A stretch of 63,999 bases of DNA, counting the filler, from Polymyxa betae A26-41 (Eukaryota; Protista; Endomyxa: Phytomyxea), in assembly GCA_003693705.1 (NCBI GenBank). It is 5 parts of 5 records of this genome, joined end to end, with 100 filler letters (N's around TTAATTAATTAA, not from the genome) between each part and the next. Parts side by side here need not be neighbours in the genome. Positions count along the whole stretch, not along the records: positions 21,487 to 43,233 come from RBZT01000778.1; positions 43,334 to 56,093 come from RBZT01000064.1; 3 more parts are not named here. The stretch is one strand, 5' to 3'. The notes under the pieces were generated by a model, which saw only the letters and a list, made by a program, of their open reading frames with translations, made no database searches and was not told where the DNA came from. This document shows, one piece after another, positions 38,968-54,694 of this stretch; positions within the stretch are counted from its first letter, which is position 1, and each line of letters begins with the position of its first letter. A program made the translations under genes and the position numbers.

Positions 38968-40388
38968 TCAAGAAAGAGCCAAATTATGGAGCAACACTAA
39001 ATTACACAGAGGTCGCGGATCATCCAATAAGGTGGCGATCTCCGAACCTTCAACAGCATAAGAACGGGCTGTGCGGTTCTCATTATCGAGAAGGTTCAAA
39101 TCGATCAGTCCCTCAATTGACAGCAGCTCACGAACGGCTGCGGCATTTTGAATCGGACTAGGATCTGTAATAGAGGCGACTTCGTGCAGCAGACCGTCCC
39201 GGAACGGAATCTGCAGTAGAGTCCGTAACAGGGCGTGCTGGTTCGCGGGGTCCGAGCTCTCGCTCTCGATCAACAGCAGAATGATACCGTGAATATTCTC
39301 ACTGGACGCAATTCCGATGTTCTCGCACTCCATGACGGCGCTGATCACGTCGAAATTTCTGTTTCTGATCAGGAGACCAATTTCTCTACAAAGCGAATAG
39401 TCTGATCCTGTAACAAAAGGCAAAAACAATCGCAGCTGGGAAGCGGTGAAATATGTGAGATGGAAATACTTCAAATTAATGGGGAGCCCGATAAAGAAAA
39501 AGACCTTGGCGAGTTCTGGGGCTTGTTGAAGAAAGCGGTTTTCTGAAAAGGTCTCGCAAACCCTTATTGTCGTCCCATAGCGAAAACTGCCATATAGTTG
39601 TGGAACGGGTTCTGGAAGACGAGCTGCAATCTCGTCGGGCTCAAAGTTGCTGGAATATTTCCGAGCTATAGGGCTAAGAAAATACTGAATACTGCCCCTG
39701 TCCGATGTAATCGAGCCGATCTCCTCCGGAACCCGCTGCACAATTTTGCCCAGAATCTCTCTTAATTTCATCTCTTCGTCTTGATTATCTGTCAATGAGA
39801 GAATGGATAAAACCCATCCTGAAATTAATCTGCCAACTGATGGAATCTGTCCAACAACGCTCTGTGTGAACAGATCCAGCACGGTGTCCGGGGAATAACG
39901 AGCGGCCATCTGCAGCCGACTCAAGAACCGTCCGAGAATTTCGTCGGTGAAGAAGTCGGAGTAAACAGCGGGAGGATACGCAAACAGCTGCCGACATGCC
40001 CGCAGGAAGTCGTTGTCCGACGGCCGCATTCGGATTGCGAACAGGAACCGATTTCGGAGTTCGGCCTTGAGCAGCGGCATATCGAGAGCCCGGCGCCGGA
40101 CATTTTCGCCGAGGGTTTTGCTGACCTGGACGAACGCCGAAGCCAGCTTCAGGCCGAACTCTGCGTGCTCAATAATGAGATCCAGCTCATAATAGCGTTC
40201 AGGCTCATCGGGCGACCAGTTGGGCGGGGCCAGTACGGCGGGTGCAGCGATGACTGCAGCGTCGATGCTGGAACCTGTCTTGGTGTTGCCTTCGCCGCCA
40301 GGGACGCGACCATGGCTGGGTTCGGGGTGTTCTGGGTGGCGGACACCGTCACGGACAGGAGAGCAGCGATCACAATAGCAATATTCAT
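38968..40388 (-). CDS. Secreted ankyrin-repeat protein, family A copy 2 (1-nt frameshift just after the signal peptide; pseudogene or sequencing error)
   Basis: ATG at 40388 gives MNIAIVIAALLSVTVSATQN. The long ORF is in another frame because of a missing C (cagaac-acc vs cagaaccac in copy 1). C-terminal ankyrin-like AVRELLS..GLIDLNLLDNENRTA. Confidence 0.75.
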
Positions 40389-40911
40389 GATCACACGACA
40401 ATAGAAGATTGAGGCGGAAGTAGACGATGACAATTCCAGGTCTCAAAGGTCTCGTCCTGACCCGGTCTGGGTCATTGGCGGACTTGTGTCCGGATTAATA
40501 TCACTGGATCAATCATTATCTTCGATTGACTCCGAATGCCAATTTGAGGTGAGACAATCATGTTACACAGTTGGTATCGAGTGCGGAACATCACAGAAAC
40601 AAATCTACTTTCATAAAGATAAGGACGAATGCGTGATGACTGTGTAGCATCTGTAATGTTACCATGGTGGTACTGGCCTGCAGTATTGGGGAATACTGAT
40701 CCAGTTGGCGATATGTTCCCGGATTCTCCAGCATTCTCTCCTTTGATTGTCGATAAGACGATAACTCGCTTGTATAATGTCTTATTGGAGGATGTTTAAG
40801 TACAAATCATTTTTTTGATATTGAATCCGTGGGATTTTGCGTTTTCTAGTATTATAACGGTAAAATACGGAAAATTCGAGATAATATCGTGATATTCACG
40901 GAATAGCACAA

Positions 40912-43233
40912 TGTCTACAACGAGCTATGACGACTCGTTTTCGCTTCGAGCATCTAAAGCAGTCAGGAAACCATCCTTCATAACAGGATTCGTCCAGAAT
41001 CGCCAAAGCGAATTGACTGCGCCCAATTGTAAATCGAACCTGCTAGTTGTACGACGGGTCGTACAACTATGTAATTGTGCGACCACGTGTCGTGCCCCAG
41101 CTATAGGAAGGCCGCGCCTCTTCTAAGGCCGCGTCCTAAGATTGCAGCACCTGTTTTTTGTGCTTGCCGTTACAGCACAGTGGTCATTTGCCACGCTACC
41201 TTTTCTCTTTCATTCTATTTTGAATACATCGGAGGGTTTATTCCGCTCAGACTTTCTGTGTGTTAAATCTAGGATCATCTCATCTTTTTTTGAGCGAGTC
41301 CCTGACCTTCCGAACGAATGGCCAGCCAGGATTCCGTCGTTCAAAATGGACATGATGCCTCACAGCAGAATGCTCCCATGCCCAACGTCCAGGACGTGCG
41401 GGCCAGTATCTCACGCCGCATAGAGATTCCTCAACGATCAATGGCTACACACAGCGCAGAACTGGAGTCATTGTACAACCAGGATTACGAATCCATGTGT
41501 TCAACCAACAGACGGAAGGTGGACAATCGCATCAATGCCCTCATCGAATTGATCAAGTCGACTGAAGTCCGAATCGATGCGGCTCGGAGGAGCTTCTTAG
41601 CTCTGGCTCCGATTCAAATACAGGCTCCAGCTCCGGCGCCTGTATCCGCACCCACTCAACCAGAACACGCAGCTTCCGTACATTCGTACATTTGGCCAGA
41701 CAAGCGCGGCTGCCGTCCGGTCTACCCAAGTTCAAACGACCAACAGCCCAGGATCCGAGCGCCGCCGAGGACTTTCTCTCGGAGTTCGAGCGTCGCCTCG
41801 CTGCTTACGGATATCCGTTGGAGCGATACCCGGAGGCTCTCGCAGCCTGTTGTGAGCGCTTGGAAGGCGACTGGGTCTTCGAAAATCTTGTCGGAAAAGG
41901 CCTCACCTGGTCTGAAACCCGGGAATCGTTCCTCAAGCATTTTGTTAGCGACGATACCCGCTTCTACTTCGAAAACGATCTAATTCACTGCCAACGGTTT
42001 CAAGGAGAGTCCATAATGGCTTTCGCGGACCGGTATCTTGGACGGATGAAAAGGGCTAATAGGAGTCCGGATCAAGTTCATGAATTCACCACCGAGTTCA
42101 TCGGCCAGCTGCCTCGTTCAGCAGTTAACTGGCTATATGGAATCAATGCCGCGAATCCCGAGAAGATCAACTCTGTTCGTAAAATCGTCAATGCCTTGAC
42201 TTTATTTTGTTCAGCGGATCGTTCCTCGGCCAAGAACGTTCATCAGGCTGCATCGCACAGCAATAACACGAGCGCAGCCCCATCCTCGTCGTCGTCATCT
42301 CAATCACGCAGCACTTCCCGGAACTCCTCTCGCCAGCAACTATTTGCTCCGCTCACGGCCACTGCGGTCATAAGTCCGAGGACTGCAGAAAACTCCAATC
42401 GGAAAAGGCTACCAAAAACTCCGTCGCAGCCAGCAACAGTAACACATCTACTCAGTCTAGGGCCAGTACGTCTACCGGACCGAAATGTCATCGATGTCAG
42501 AAACATGGACATGTCGCTCGGACCTGTCGCGCACCTAATCCCGTTGATGATCCCGATTCCGGCAAAACGTCGTCCGCGTCCTCGAATGTTGCTGCTAATC
42601 ACTGTATTCAGGGCGCCTATATTGAGGAGATTGACGAGTCCGACCCCGTGTTTACCAACGACTCCGTGGATGGTTTCCATAAACTATTCGATAATGTGGA
42701 GTCAATTCACAGCTCCGAATCCGAGTCTCATCCAGCAGTCGCCAATCGTATCGACTATTCAACTGCCATTTTCACAACAATTTCTCTCGACGGCAAAGAG
42801 GTGCAGGCTTACGTCGATACCGGCGCTTCCAACTCTACCATTTCTAAAGATTTATTCGGCACTTTCTCTGAGCGGTCGCGCTCGTCTTATCAGAACACTA
42901 CGAAGGGTCAGCTTATCTCGCTCGGTGTGAAGGGCCAGTACGCCCCGCGACCGGGCTGGGCACAGGTCCCGGTTCGCTACGGCCACAGTGACTTTACGTT
43001 TCAGTTCGACCTAGGTGAACCCCCGGAAGGTGTTGCCGTCATAATGGGGCGTGATCTGCGGCGTCGTCTCGGCATCGGTGTCTGCGGCCTCCAGCTGCCG
43101 CGCTCCGTGGCGTTTTCGGTGGAACCGGCTCCTGATGATGTGTCTCCGCCACTGACGGACAGTATCCGGGATGGTCCGCCTCACCCCTTGGCAACTCATC
43201 CGAGGCTTCGGAGCGCTATTCAGCGTAATCAAT
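40912..43233 (+). mobile_element. Ty3/Gypsy-like LTR retrotransposon 5' half (putative LTR about 40912-41282; gag-protease 41318-43233 with two frameshifts), truncated by contig end
   Basis: Gag core LPKF...AEDFLSEFERRL...W...RESFLKHF...Q.QGESI..F..R. Zinc knuckles CSAHGHCGHKSEDC and CHRCQKHGHVARTC. Aspartic protease AYVDTGAS...IMGRD. Confidence 0.88.
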
Positions 43234-43333
43234 NNNNNNNNNNNNNNNNNNNNNNNNNNNNNNNNNNNNNNNNNNNNTTAATTAATTAANNNNNNNNNNN
43301 NNNNNNNNNNNNNNNNNNNNNNNNNNNNNNNNN
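43234..43333. other. Artificial contig linker
   Basis: N44-TTAATTAATTAA-N44. Confidence 0.97.
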
Positions 43334-43476
43334 GATTAGCAATGTATCGGAGACAGAATTTGATGAAGTTCTGAAGACGTTCTTCACCAAAATATTCTCT
43401 GATGCTGGTTGAGCCAAGAGAGTCGCCTTTACGAAATGATACGAGTCCATTCTCAGAGAAGCCATAATCGAATTCA

Positions 43477-45848
43477 GTGACACATGAATCACCGAGTTGC
43501 TCCTTGATCTTGACCAAGTCAGCACCACCACCATCATCTCAATATCGCCCTGCACCACCACCATCATCTTATCCTGCACCTCCTCCATCTCAACGTCAAT
43601 TTACATCTGCTCTTCCTCAACATCGTCTTACTGGTCCACCACCTCACCCTCGCTTTGCTCCTCCTCTCGCTCAGCGTCGTTCTGTACCTCCTGCTCCCTC
43701 TCAACCTCGCCGTCCTCTTTCTCCTCAACGTCGTTTCAACGGTTCTGTTGCAGGACGTGGTGTTGCAGGACCTGCACAGCAACGTGATGGTGGAAGATGC
43801 CAATTAGATGGACATATATTATGTGTTGCAGAGAAGCCATCTGTAGCTCGTGATCTATCACGTATATTATCTGGTGGACAATCTCGATCACGTCCTGGTA
43901 TATCCAGATATAATCCTATACATGACTTTCATATTGTATTATCTCTACCTGGAGAGGGACATGCTCCTACTAATCCACGTCCAATGCAATTCACATCAGT
44001 ACTTGGACATTTAATGCAATTAGAGTTTGTATCGCCTTATGATAGATCATGGCAATCACATCCTCCATCTGTATTATTTCATTGTCCATTAATAAGTAAG
44101 GTTATTGATGGACAAGAACCAGTACGTGATAATATTGCAGCATGTGCTAATAATGCACGTGCTGTAATATTATGGTTAGATTGTGATCGTGAAGGTGAGA
44201 ATATAGCATGTGAAGTAGCAGGATTATGTTGTCAGATACAACCAAATATACCTATATATAGGGCTAGATTCTCTGCATTAATTGAACCAGAGATCAGAAG
44301 AGCTCTCTCTAATCTGGGACCTATCAATATCAATCTTAGTCTAGCTGTTGATGCAAGACAGGAGATCGATCTTCGTACTGGTAAGACATCTGTTAGGGTT
44401 TTAGGGTTTGATCCCATCATTGACTACATTAATAGGTTCAGCATTTACTCGATTACAAACATTATCATGGGCTAAGAAATTTGCTGGTATGCCTAAAGTA
44501 TTATCATATGGACCATGTCAATTTCCTACATTGGGTTTTGTTGTTGAACGTCATCTGGAAATTCAACAATTTCTACCTCAAGATTATTGGAACTTAACAT
44601 TAACTATATCAGCTGATCCAGAACCTGGTATATACAGTAATATCTCTCATCAGACAACTGATCCAGTACGTCCAGGTACCAATGGGCCATCATCCTGTAC
44701 GACCTTGTCATGGAGACGTGGTCCATTATATGATCGTTCATCAACATTGGTATTTTATTCGTTATGTCTACAAGGGTCTCAAGCAGTAGTTGAATCTGTT
44801 CAATGTTCACGAATCAGTAAATCGGCGCCCGTCCCATTAGCGACCGTATCATTACAAACATCAGCAGCACGATATCTTCATATGGGTTCTGCTCTATGTA
44901 TGGAAGTTGCTGAGAATCTATATAGACGTGGTCTTATATCATATCCACGTACTGAAACAGATTCATTCTCTAATGAATTCGATCTAAACCCCATACTTCA
45001 ACAACAAACACAATCTCCGGACTGGGGGCAGTACGTCCAGCAACTGCTCGCCCATGGGCGAGTACGTCGACCCCGACCCGGTGGTCATGATGATCATGCA
45101 CATCCACCTATATATCCAACAGAATTTGTGGCTCCTGCCGCCCTGAAAGACCAGAATGAACGTCGTCTCTATGAATATATCGTGCGTCATTTTATTGCAT
45201 GTTGCTCTCCAGATGCAATTGGCGATCAAACACGTGTTGTAGTACGATGTGGAGGTGAACATTTCTCTGGACAAGGTTTGACTATCAGATCTCGTGGATA
45301 TTTAGATATATATCCTTATGAGAGATGGTCCAATATACAATTACCTGTATTACAGAATGGACAAATATGTATACCTACTGCTATTACAATGACACAGAAT
45401 CGTACACAACCACCATCATATCTATCTGAAGCTGATCTAATCTCATTAATGGATCGTAATGGTATTGGTACGGATGCAACTATTGCACAACACATTGAAA
45501 CTATTCAGAAACGGGTATGTACCAACGATCTCATTACATAATCATACATTGTCACTAACAAGCTCATATGTGCAGCATTATGCTATCAAACGGCCTGATC
45601 GATGTTTCGTTCCAACAGCACTTGGTGTAGCCCTAGTTGTTGCATACAATTCTCTTGGATTTGATTTATCAAAACCTAGATTACGTGCTGCTATGGAAGC
45701 TGATATGAGACGTATTGCATTAGGTCAAGTATCTAAATCTGATGTTGTTAAACAACAATTAGAGTTTATGGCCAATGTATTTGCATCTGTTAATGAGAAA
45801 CGTCCTCTTATTACTGCTGCTTTAGCTAGATCTATGCAACCTATATAA
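43477..45848 (+). CDS. TOP3A: DNA topoisomerase III (alpha-type, type IA); introns 44381-44435 and 45515-45575; true start not visible
   Basis: VAEKPS, TSVLGHL, WLDCDREGENI, RQEIDLR.G.AFTR.QT, SYGPCQFPTLGFVV, catalytic ISYPRTET, AHPPI.PT and GIGTDAT motifs. QFPTLGF favours TOP3A/Top3 over TOP3B. Confidence 0.93.
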
Positions 45849-47348
45849 TTTATCACATTCGTCAAATGTATTATTGTCAATGTACATATTCTGTAAACAT
45901 AGAAATAATTTTCTCACTAGATAACGTCTCTTGTTGAAATTGTATCTCAATTCAGTTCATTATAGGCCCTCAAACAATGAACAAACCAATGTCACTGCCG
46001 CAGATACAATTGTAGAAACAATGAGGCTCATATATTGTTGTCATGTAAAACACTAAGATGATTTAGCAATTTGCTTTATTTAAATATCGACTCAGAACAA
46101 AGTGATGAAAGGAGAATGGATTATTGGCAATCCGGGTAGCCAGACCGTCCTTCTATATGAATGAAAACCACGTCTATAAATTCAAACAACTGCTCAATCA
46201 CCTGGCACAGGTGTCAAACCCCTTTTTGAAATCTCCTTTTCAATGAGCAACTTGTATGACATTATTGATGACGGTAATCGCTTGCTGCATGCGAAACAAG
46301 ATGTGTGATTGATTAACAAAATCGAGATGTTCTTAAACGATGAAACGGGTGAAAAAGGCCAGAACGATATACCAGAAATAACTGGTTTAAACAACAGAAA
46401 CAGATGCGAATGAAAATGTCTGAGAGAGCTGCACCCACACATGTTAATCTAACTTGGTAAGTTGAATGTTGTGTCCTTCTTCATGATCCGACATAGTAGT
46501 CACATATGCACTCATGACTATTATATTATATCCATACATTTCAATCATAGAGTGTCACTATGATGGGGAAGACGACAATGAGTCTATCTTTGGTGTCACT
46601 AAGTAATGAAGCATCTGGGCCTTGATAATTATACAATAATTGATGTTAATGCAGCTAAATCAACATACTTATGCAGAACACGAGCTATACGCATATGGAG
46701 ATTGAGGTTGATTGATCCCTAACAAATTCAAAATGTTATGGTCCACGTCCCCTAGGAAGCGGCTGCGTTCTCCCTTAGTTTATTACCGACCCCAAAGCTA
46801 AACGTGATTGCAATTATTATGTGAATAAAAGCAGTAGCAGCTCTTGCTTACTATGATAGTTACTTGGTAGTGATTTTGTTCGGGTTGTTTCCGTGGGCAG
46901 GTTTTACAGATAGGGTTTAGGGTTTCTGCCGTTTCTTGGTCATTCCGAAAATGCTGCCGTGAGCACAAACCTGTACTCTGTAGACAACACTACAGCATGC
47001 TAACGATGTGGTTATGATCTATCGATCTATATAGTTCATCATGGCTCAAAGAGTTGCTTTCAAATATAAAGCACTTGGTAGGTATAGAGGGCGGAAAATA
47101 CCCCGACAATAAACAATCTGGTAGTCAATGATTTTAAAATTTCTTAGCAATTGACATTAATCGGTGGTCATTTTGTGGATTAACTGACACCAAAGCAGTC
47201 TAGGTACGACAAACGTAGCTAAAACCCTTCTTTCACAATTAACTGAGCCTACCTACATGAATTGCAAACAAATGTTTTGACTTCATTGTCGTAATAAGTT
47301 ATTGGAAGTAGAAAATCTTCTAAATGCAATATAAACAAGTTAAAGAAA

Positions 47349-48464
47349 TTAGGCAGATCGGGACCTTGTCGAATTCGAGCTGGGATCGCTGACCTGACTG
47401 CTTAATCGTGAACTAAGCACAAATGATGGATCGGATTCTTCAACGAATTCAAACCCATCATGAACATATCGGGTCATGATCGGATCGATATCATCAGCAT
47501 CGAGTTCATAAATATTAAAAGCCGATTGTCTTACACCAGATGCAAATGAACATCCTCCAGATCCCGGATTATGTACAGGAATTCCTTCAAATTGTGCAGA
47601 GAATCCTCGATGTGCATGCCCATGTAATATCATACAAGGTTTACGATGTGAACGGGATAGGATTGATAGAAGATCTTTACCATTCTCAATACTATGCCAT
47701 GTATGCTTCTTATGATATGCGAGACCATCATGATCTACAACTGGATAATGAGTTAACAGAACAACCCGTTTATCCTATTCAAGAGAGTGCTTAGATAAAT
47801 ATAAGATGGACGATAATCTGTAAACAAAATCTGAAAGCTCAAAATTCTCATGACGAAATATCCTTGGCGGAAATCGCAACCAAAATCATGCAAATCTGTT
47901 ACGTACTGATTGTTTGGCTAAGATCTGATTGAGATGATGTATTTGTGAATAGGGAACGAGACCACGAGACCCAATTGCAGTAGGGCGACAGCAATCCATC
48001 CCGACGAACATGATATCACCAAATGCTTTCGCCTGTAATCCAGAGGGAAACCGCTGCCCCATCCATTTCCCGAATTTCGCTTCGAACCGAGCACGCGAGT
48101 CTTTGGTGTAAATATCGTGATTACCCGGAATGACTAGAGATGGGATTGATTCTAACAGAGGCGATAGAGCTTGCAGAGCGGCATCGAATTCGGGGTCCAG
48201 GGCTAAAGCACTACCAAATATTCAGTATAGGCTGAAACAAGATTGCCTAAAGCGAGACCTTAAATCTCCAGTTATCGCCACAAAATCAGGTTTCAAGTCG
48301 GCTATGCTTTGAACAGCACACTGAGCGACACGCTCGTCGAAATGTTTATCGCGGCCGAGGACACGCAGGTTAAAAGCTCCGATGGCCCGTTTTCCAATCA
48401 GATCCCGCCAGCTGGCCCGATCTAATCGCTGAAAGTGTAGATCGGTAATATGAGCGATACGCAT
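47349..48464 (-). CDS. Calcineurin-like metallophosphoesterase (CpdA/Icc-like), multi-exon
   Basis: All five motifs present: HITDLH, ITGDL, PGNHD, LLTHYP, LHGHAH. They are separated by short introns. Confidence 0.88.
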
Positions 48465-48725
48465 GGGTCTGGGAACCTAACCCGACAATGTCAATAGACA
48501 AATGACCATCTCAATTAAACCGTAACATATTAACATGGTTGCAGCCAATTGTAACATTATCCATTACATGACAAATTTTCTGGAAAGTTTCTCATTCCTT
48601 GTTAATTTTTAAAGACTTCATCAGGCCGGTAAAACGGTTCTTAGAGGTGGCATCAGAACAGAGCTGTGTCTATCTATCGGTAAGGCAGATTCACGCAGTG
48701 ACTATAATAGCCTGGCGTCATCATC

Positions 48726-50199
48726 ATGGTTAACTGGGCACAAACAACACAACGTATCATCTCTCAGCAGACGTTCGATGAAGCCGTCCAAGATAACATT
48801 AATGATTTCGAGATGGCGCTGGACGAGGCTATCCAAGAGGCTCGAAGTCAGTTCGAGGCTCAAGGCGTTGATCTAACTACGATTTTGGGAGAACGAAGAT
48901 CAGTGATGGATGACCTGAACCTGGCCATTGCTGCAAAACATGAAGATGATATTATGAACGTTTTGAAAGCAATAGACGATGATGAAGCTCGAGGTCTTGC
49001 TGATCAAGGCCTGATTGGAGCTCTGTTGCTTATCTGCCGAGAATATCACGAGCAGAAACCGCTAGTCATGGCCTCACTTAATGTATTACTGGTTTCGACG
49101 AAATTTTCAGTTCCATCAATGGTTCCAGAGCCTGGTCTCATCTCTCTACTTGAATGTCTGCGTCATCATATTAATGACATCCAGATTCAGACTCGAGGTA
49201 GGAACTATAGCAGTCTCCTTGATAATTGCTGCTCAATTATTACAATGCACTTTTGTTTCATAATTGAGCCTATTTTCAATTATTATCAGTAACCTTTGAC
49301 TGATGTGTCTAACAGGATTAAAAATCCTAGCTCAGGTTGTTGGGGGATTCGAGCCGCATAAGAACACTATCCATTCAAATGGTTTCAATGATTACATCTG
49401 CGATATACTAACGAAACATCAGGTCGAACATGAAGTTTTTTTACGAGCATGTAATGTTATCAAACGGTATCTTTCTGATGACGACAGACGTCCCGGTGTG
49501 CATCCGCATACTTTCACCAGAGCCCGAGAGCTCGCAGCAATGAACGATTCGGAGATTATCTCAAAGATGCTTTCAGCATTGAAGCAGAATACTGGAAATC
49601 CCGCTTATGTTTCTGCGATTTGTGCAACGCTGCGTTGCATTGCTGTCACCGACGCCATTTGCCAAGCCATATCTCGTGATGTCCTCGGCGATTTAATCCA
49701 AATCGCCAAATTGCATTTTGATCGTGACAATGTTGTTGAGAAAACTTTTTCATTATTTAAGATCATGTCTCGTAATGATCAGGTAAAGGTTTCCGTTTGC
49801 TCTCAAGAAGGCGTAGAGTTGGCAATGCTGACACTGAAGCATCATACTTCCAATCAGAAAGTGATTAGTCAAGTTGTGGGAATGATGGCTGCTATTACTC
49901 TTCGACAGCCTGAAAATTGTCTCATGTTGGCCAATAATGGCATCATTCCTCTCCTCGTCTCCGTTATGTCGGGCAATTCAGATCATATCGCTATTCAGAG
50001 AGGAGCGATTTCCACTCTGCGTAATATGGTGTCAAGTTCCAGAACAAAACAGCTAGCAGATCTGATTTTAGAGGAGAATGCAGAAGAGCTCATCTGCAAA
50101 GCACATGACACACATGAACAATGTAAAGATGTTGCTTATGCAGCGTTACGTGATCTCGGACGACCTTACAAAGCTACTTGGAACGGAATCGATTCGTAA
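48726..50199 (+). CDS. ARMC6: Armadillo repeat-containing protein 6-like; intron about 49198-49315
   Basis: N-terminal ISQQTFDEAVQDNINDFEM..DEAIQEA..QFEAQGVDL..I, DDD.R, ARM repeats and C-terminal AYAALRDLG match ARMC6. Confidence 0.85.
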
Positions 50200-50227
50200 T
50201 GATACAGAATGAACTATACTGTTTAAT

Positions 50228-53208
<2,981 letters not shown>

Positions 53209-54694
53209 AATCGGCTCTTACTACAGATTAGTGACGAAATCTGAATAAAAGTCGACCAACAAGCTGGACAGAGGCGGACCACAACATCGGGCTGCGCCAC
53301 AACACAGAACTTCAACGAAGGACGCTGATTATATTCATTGACAGAATCATTGTGCAAGCAACTAAGCATTTACATACGGTAGTTTAGTCACCTGCAGTGA
53401 AGTACTTTTTCAACGGTTTCTAGTTTGAAGTTATTCACCAGAATCGCATACAGATGTCACTGCCTTGGCGCATCTGTATATCGCCACCTACGCAAGAGGG
53501 TAGAATCCTTTATCCAATCGTTTATCCGACTATTAATGTATTAGACTCGCTATCTCTGTAAGCTAGCCTGTGTCGAATGTAATTAAATGCTGGGCGGTCG
53601 GCGAACAGCTGTAAAGTGCAATAGCTTAATACGCATGTCCCTGACGAAAGCATTTGGCTACAGTTGAGAATTATTCGAAACAATATAAGCTGTTGGAGCG
53701 CTTATCACCGGCAATCAGTAGACATGTTCGTTCACCAGAGCAATGCAAGTTGTTGTTGCTCATTACGCATTGGATTTCATGATAATCATCGCTAATCTAC
53801 AGTAGTTTAGCTGCCTCAAGTATTCCACAGATAATGATAGGGGATTCAAGTTCATTGACGTCATACTTGATGTACTTAAAGAGTTATAAATGTAAGGATT
53901 CAATGTTCATCTTCAGATGGCAGGCGGCAAACTAATCCTATTCCTGATTTCAGACTTCGACATGCGGCTAACGACACTGATTTTGGTTTTGCGCTTGATG
54001 ACGCCTTAACTCAAGGAGTCATGGCAATCTGTCGAGAATTGTATGCCTTTACTTATTCAAAAGGTGTCGATTGCAGTTAGATCCAGGCTTGGACGAATAT
54101 GATATTATTCGGAATATTTTCACCTTAAACTTGTTCAAGCTGGCGAGAAAACCAGTTAGCACACCTGGTGAGGTATGTGTGTTTTCGTAATATACGGTAG
54201 GCTCTAGCAGCTTCAGGCTGACCTTGATCTGCATAAACACCGGTGTCTCAGGTTAGGCACAGGCAAACAACAGCAGCGGAATTACGTCAGTGAATACCTC
54301 CTGACGACGAGACTAATTGCTGTTTCCAACATCTGCCGAAGCCCATTTCATCAGAAGAATCTGTCTGCAGACGCAGGCAAAGAGTTCATTGATGAGAAAT
54401 TACGCTGAAACTCATCGGTGAAGGAAGAAAAACACGATATCCAGGATAAAGAACAATTCTCTTCCGAAACTCCATGATTTCGAAAGGATGCGACGAATGC
54501 ATTTTTATTGCATTCCAAAAACAACGTAGAATCAAGGGACACTGATCAAGCTTAGCTCGATTTTGTGCGAATCACCGAATATCGTTTGTAAAGGCTGCGA
54601 GTCGGTGGTAAAGTTAAGACTGGAAATTTCCTGGGTGTTGGAGAATTCCTAGATCTCGAGTTCTGAGCAGATTTGATGCCTGGAATAACATTAT

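Noticed and set aside
53642-53661. TGACGAAGCATTTGGCTAC resembles a conserved LSU rRNA segment (reverse strand)
   Set aside because: Only about 19 nt with a mismatch, and the flanks do not look like rRNA.
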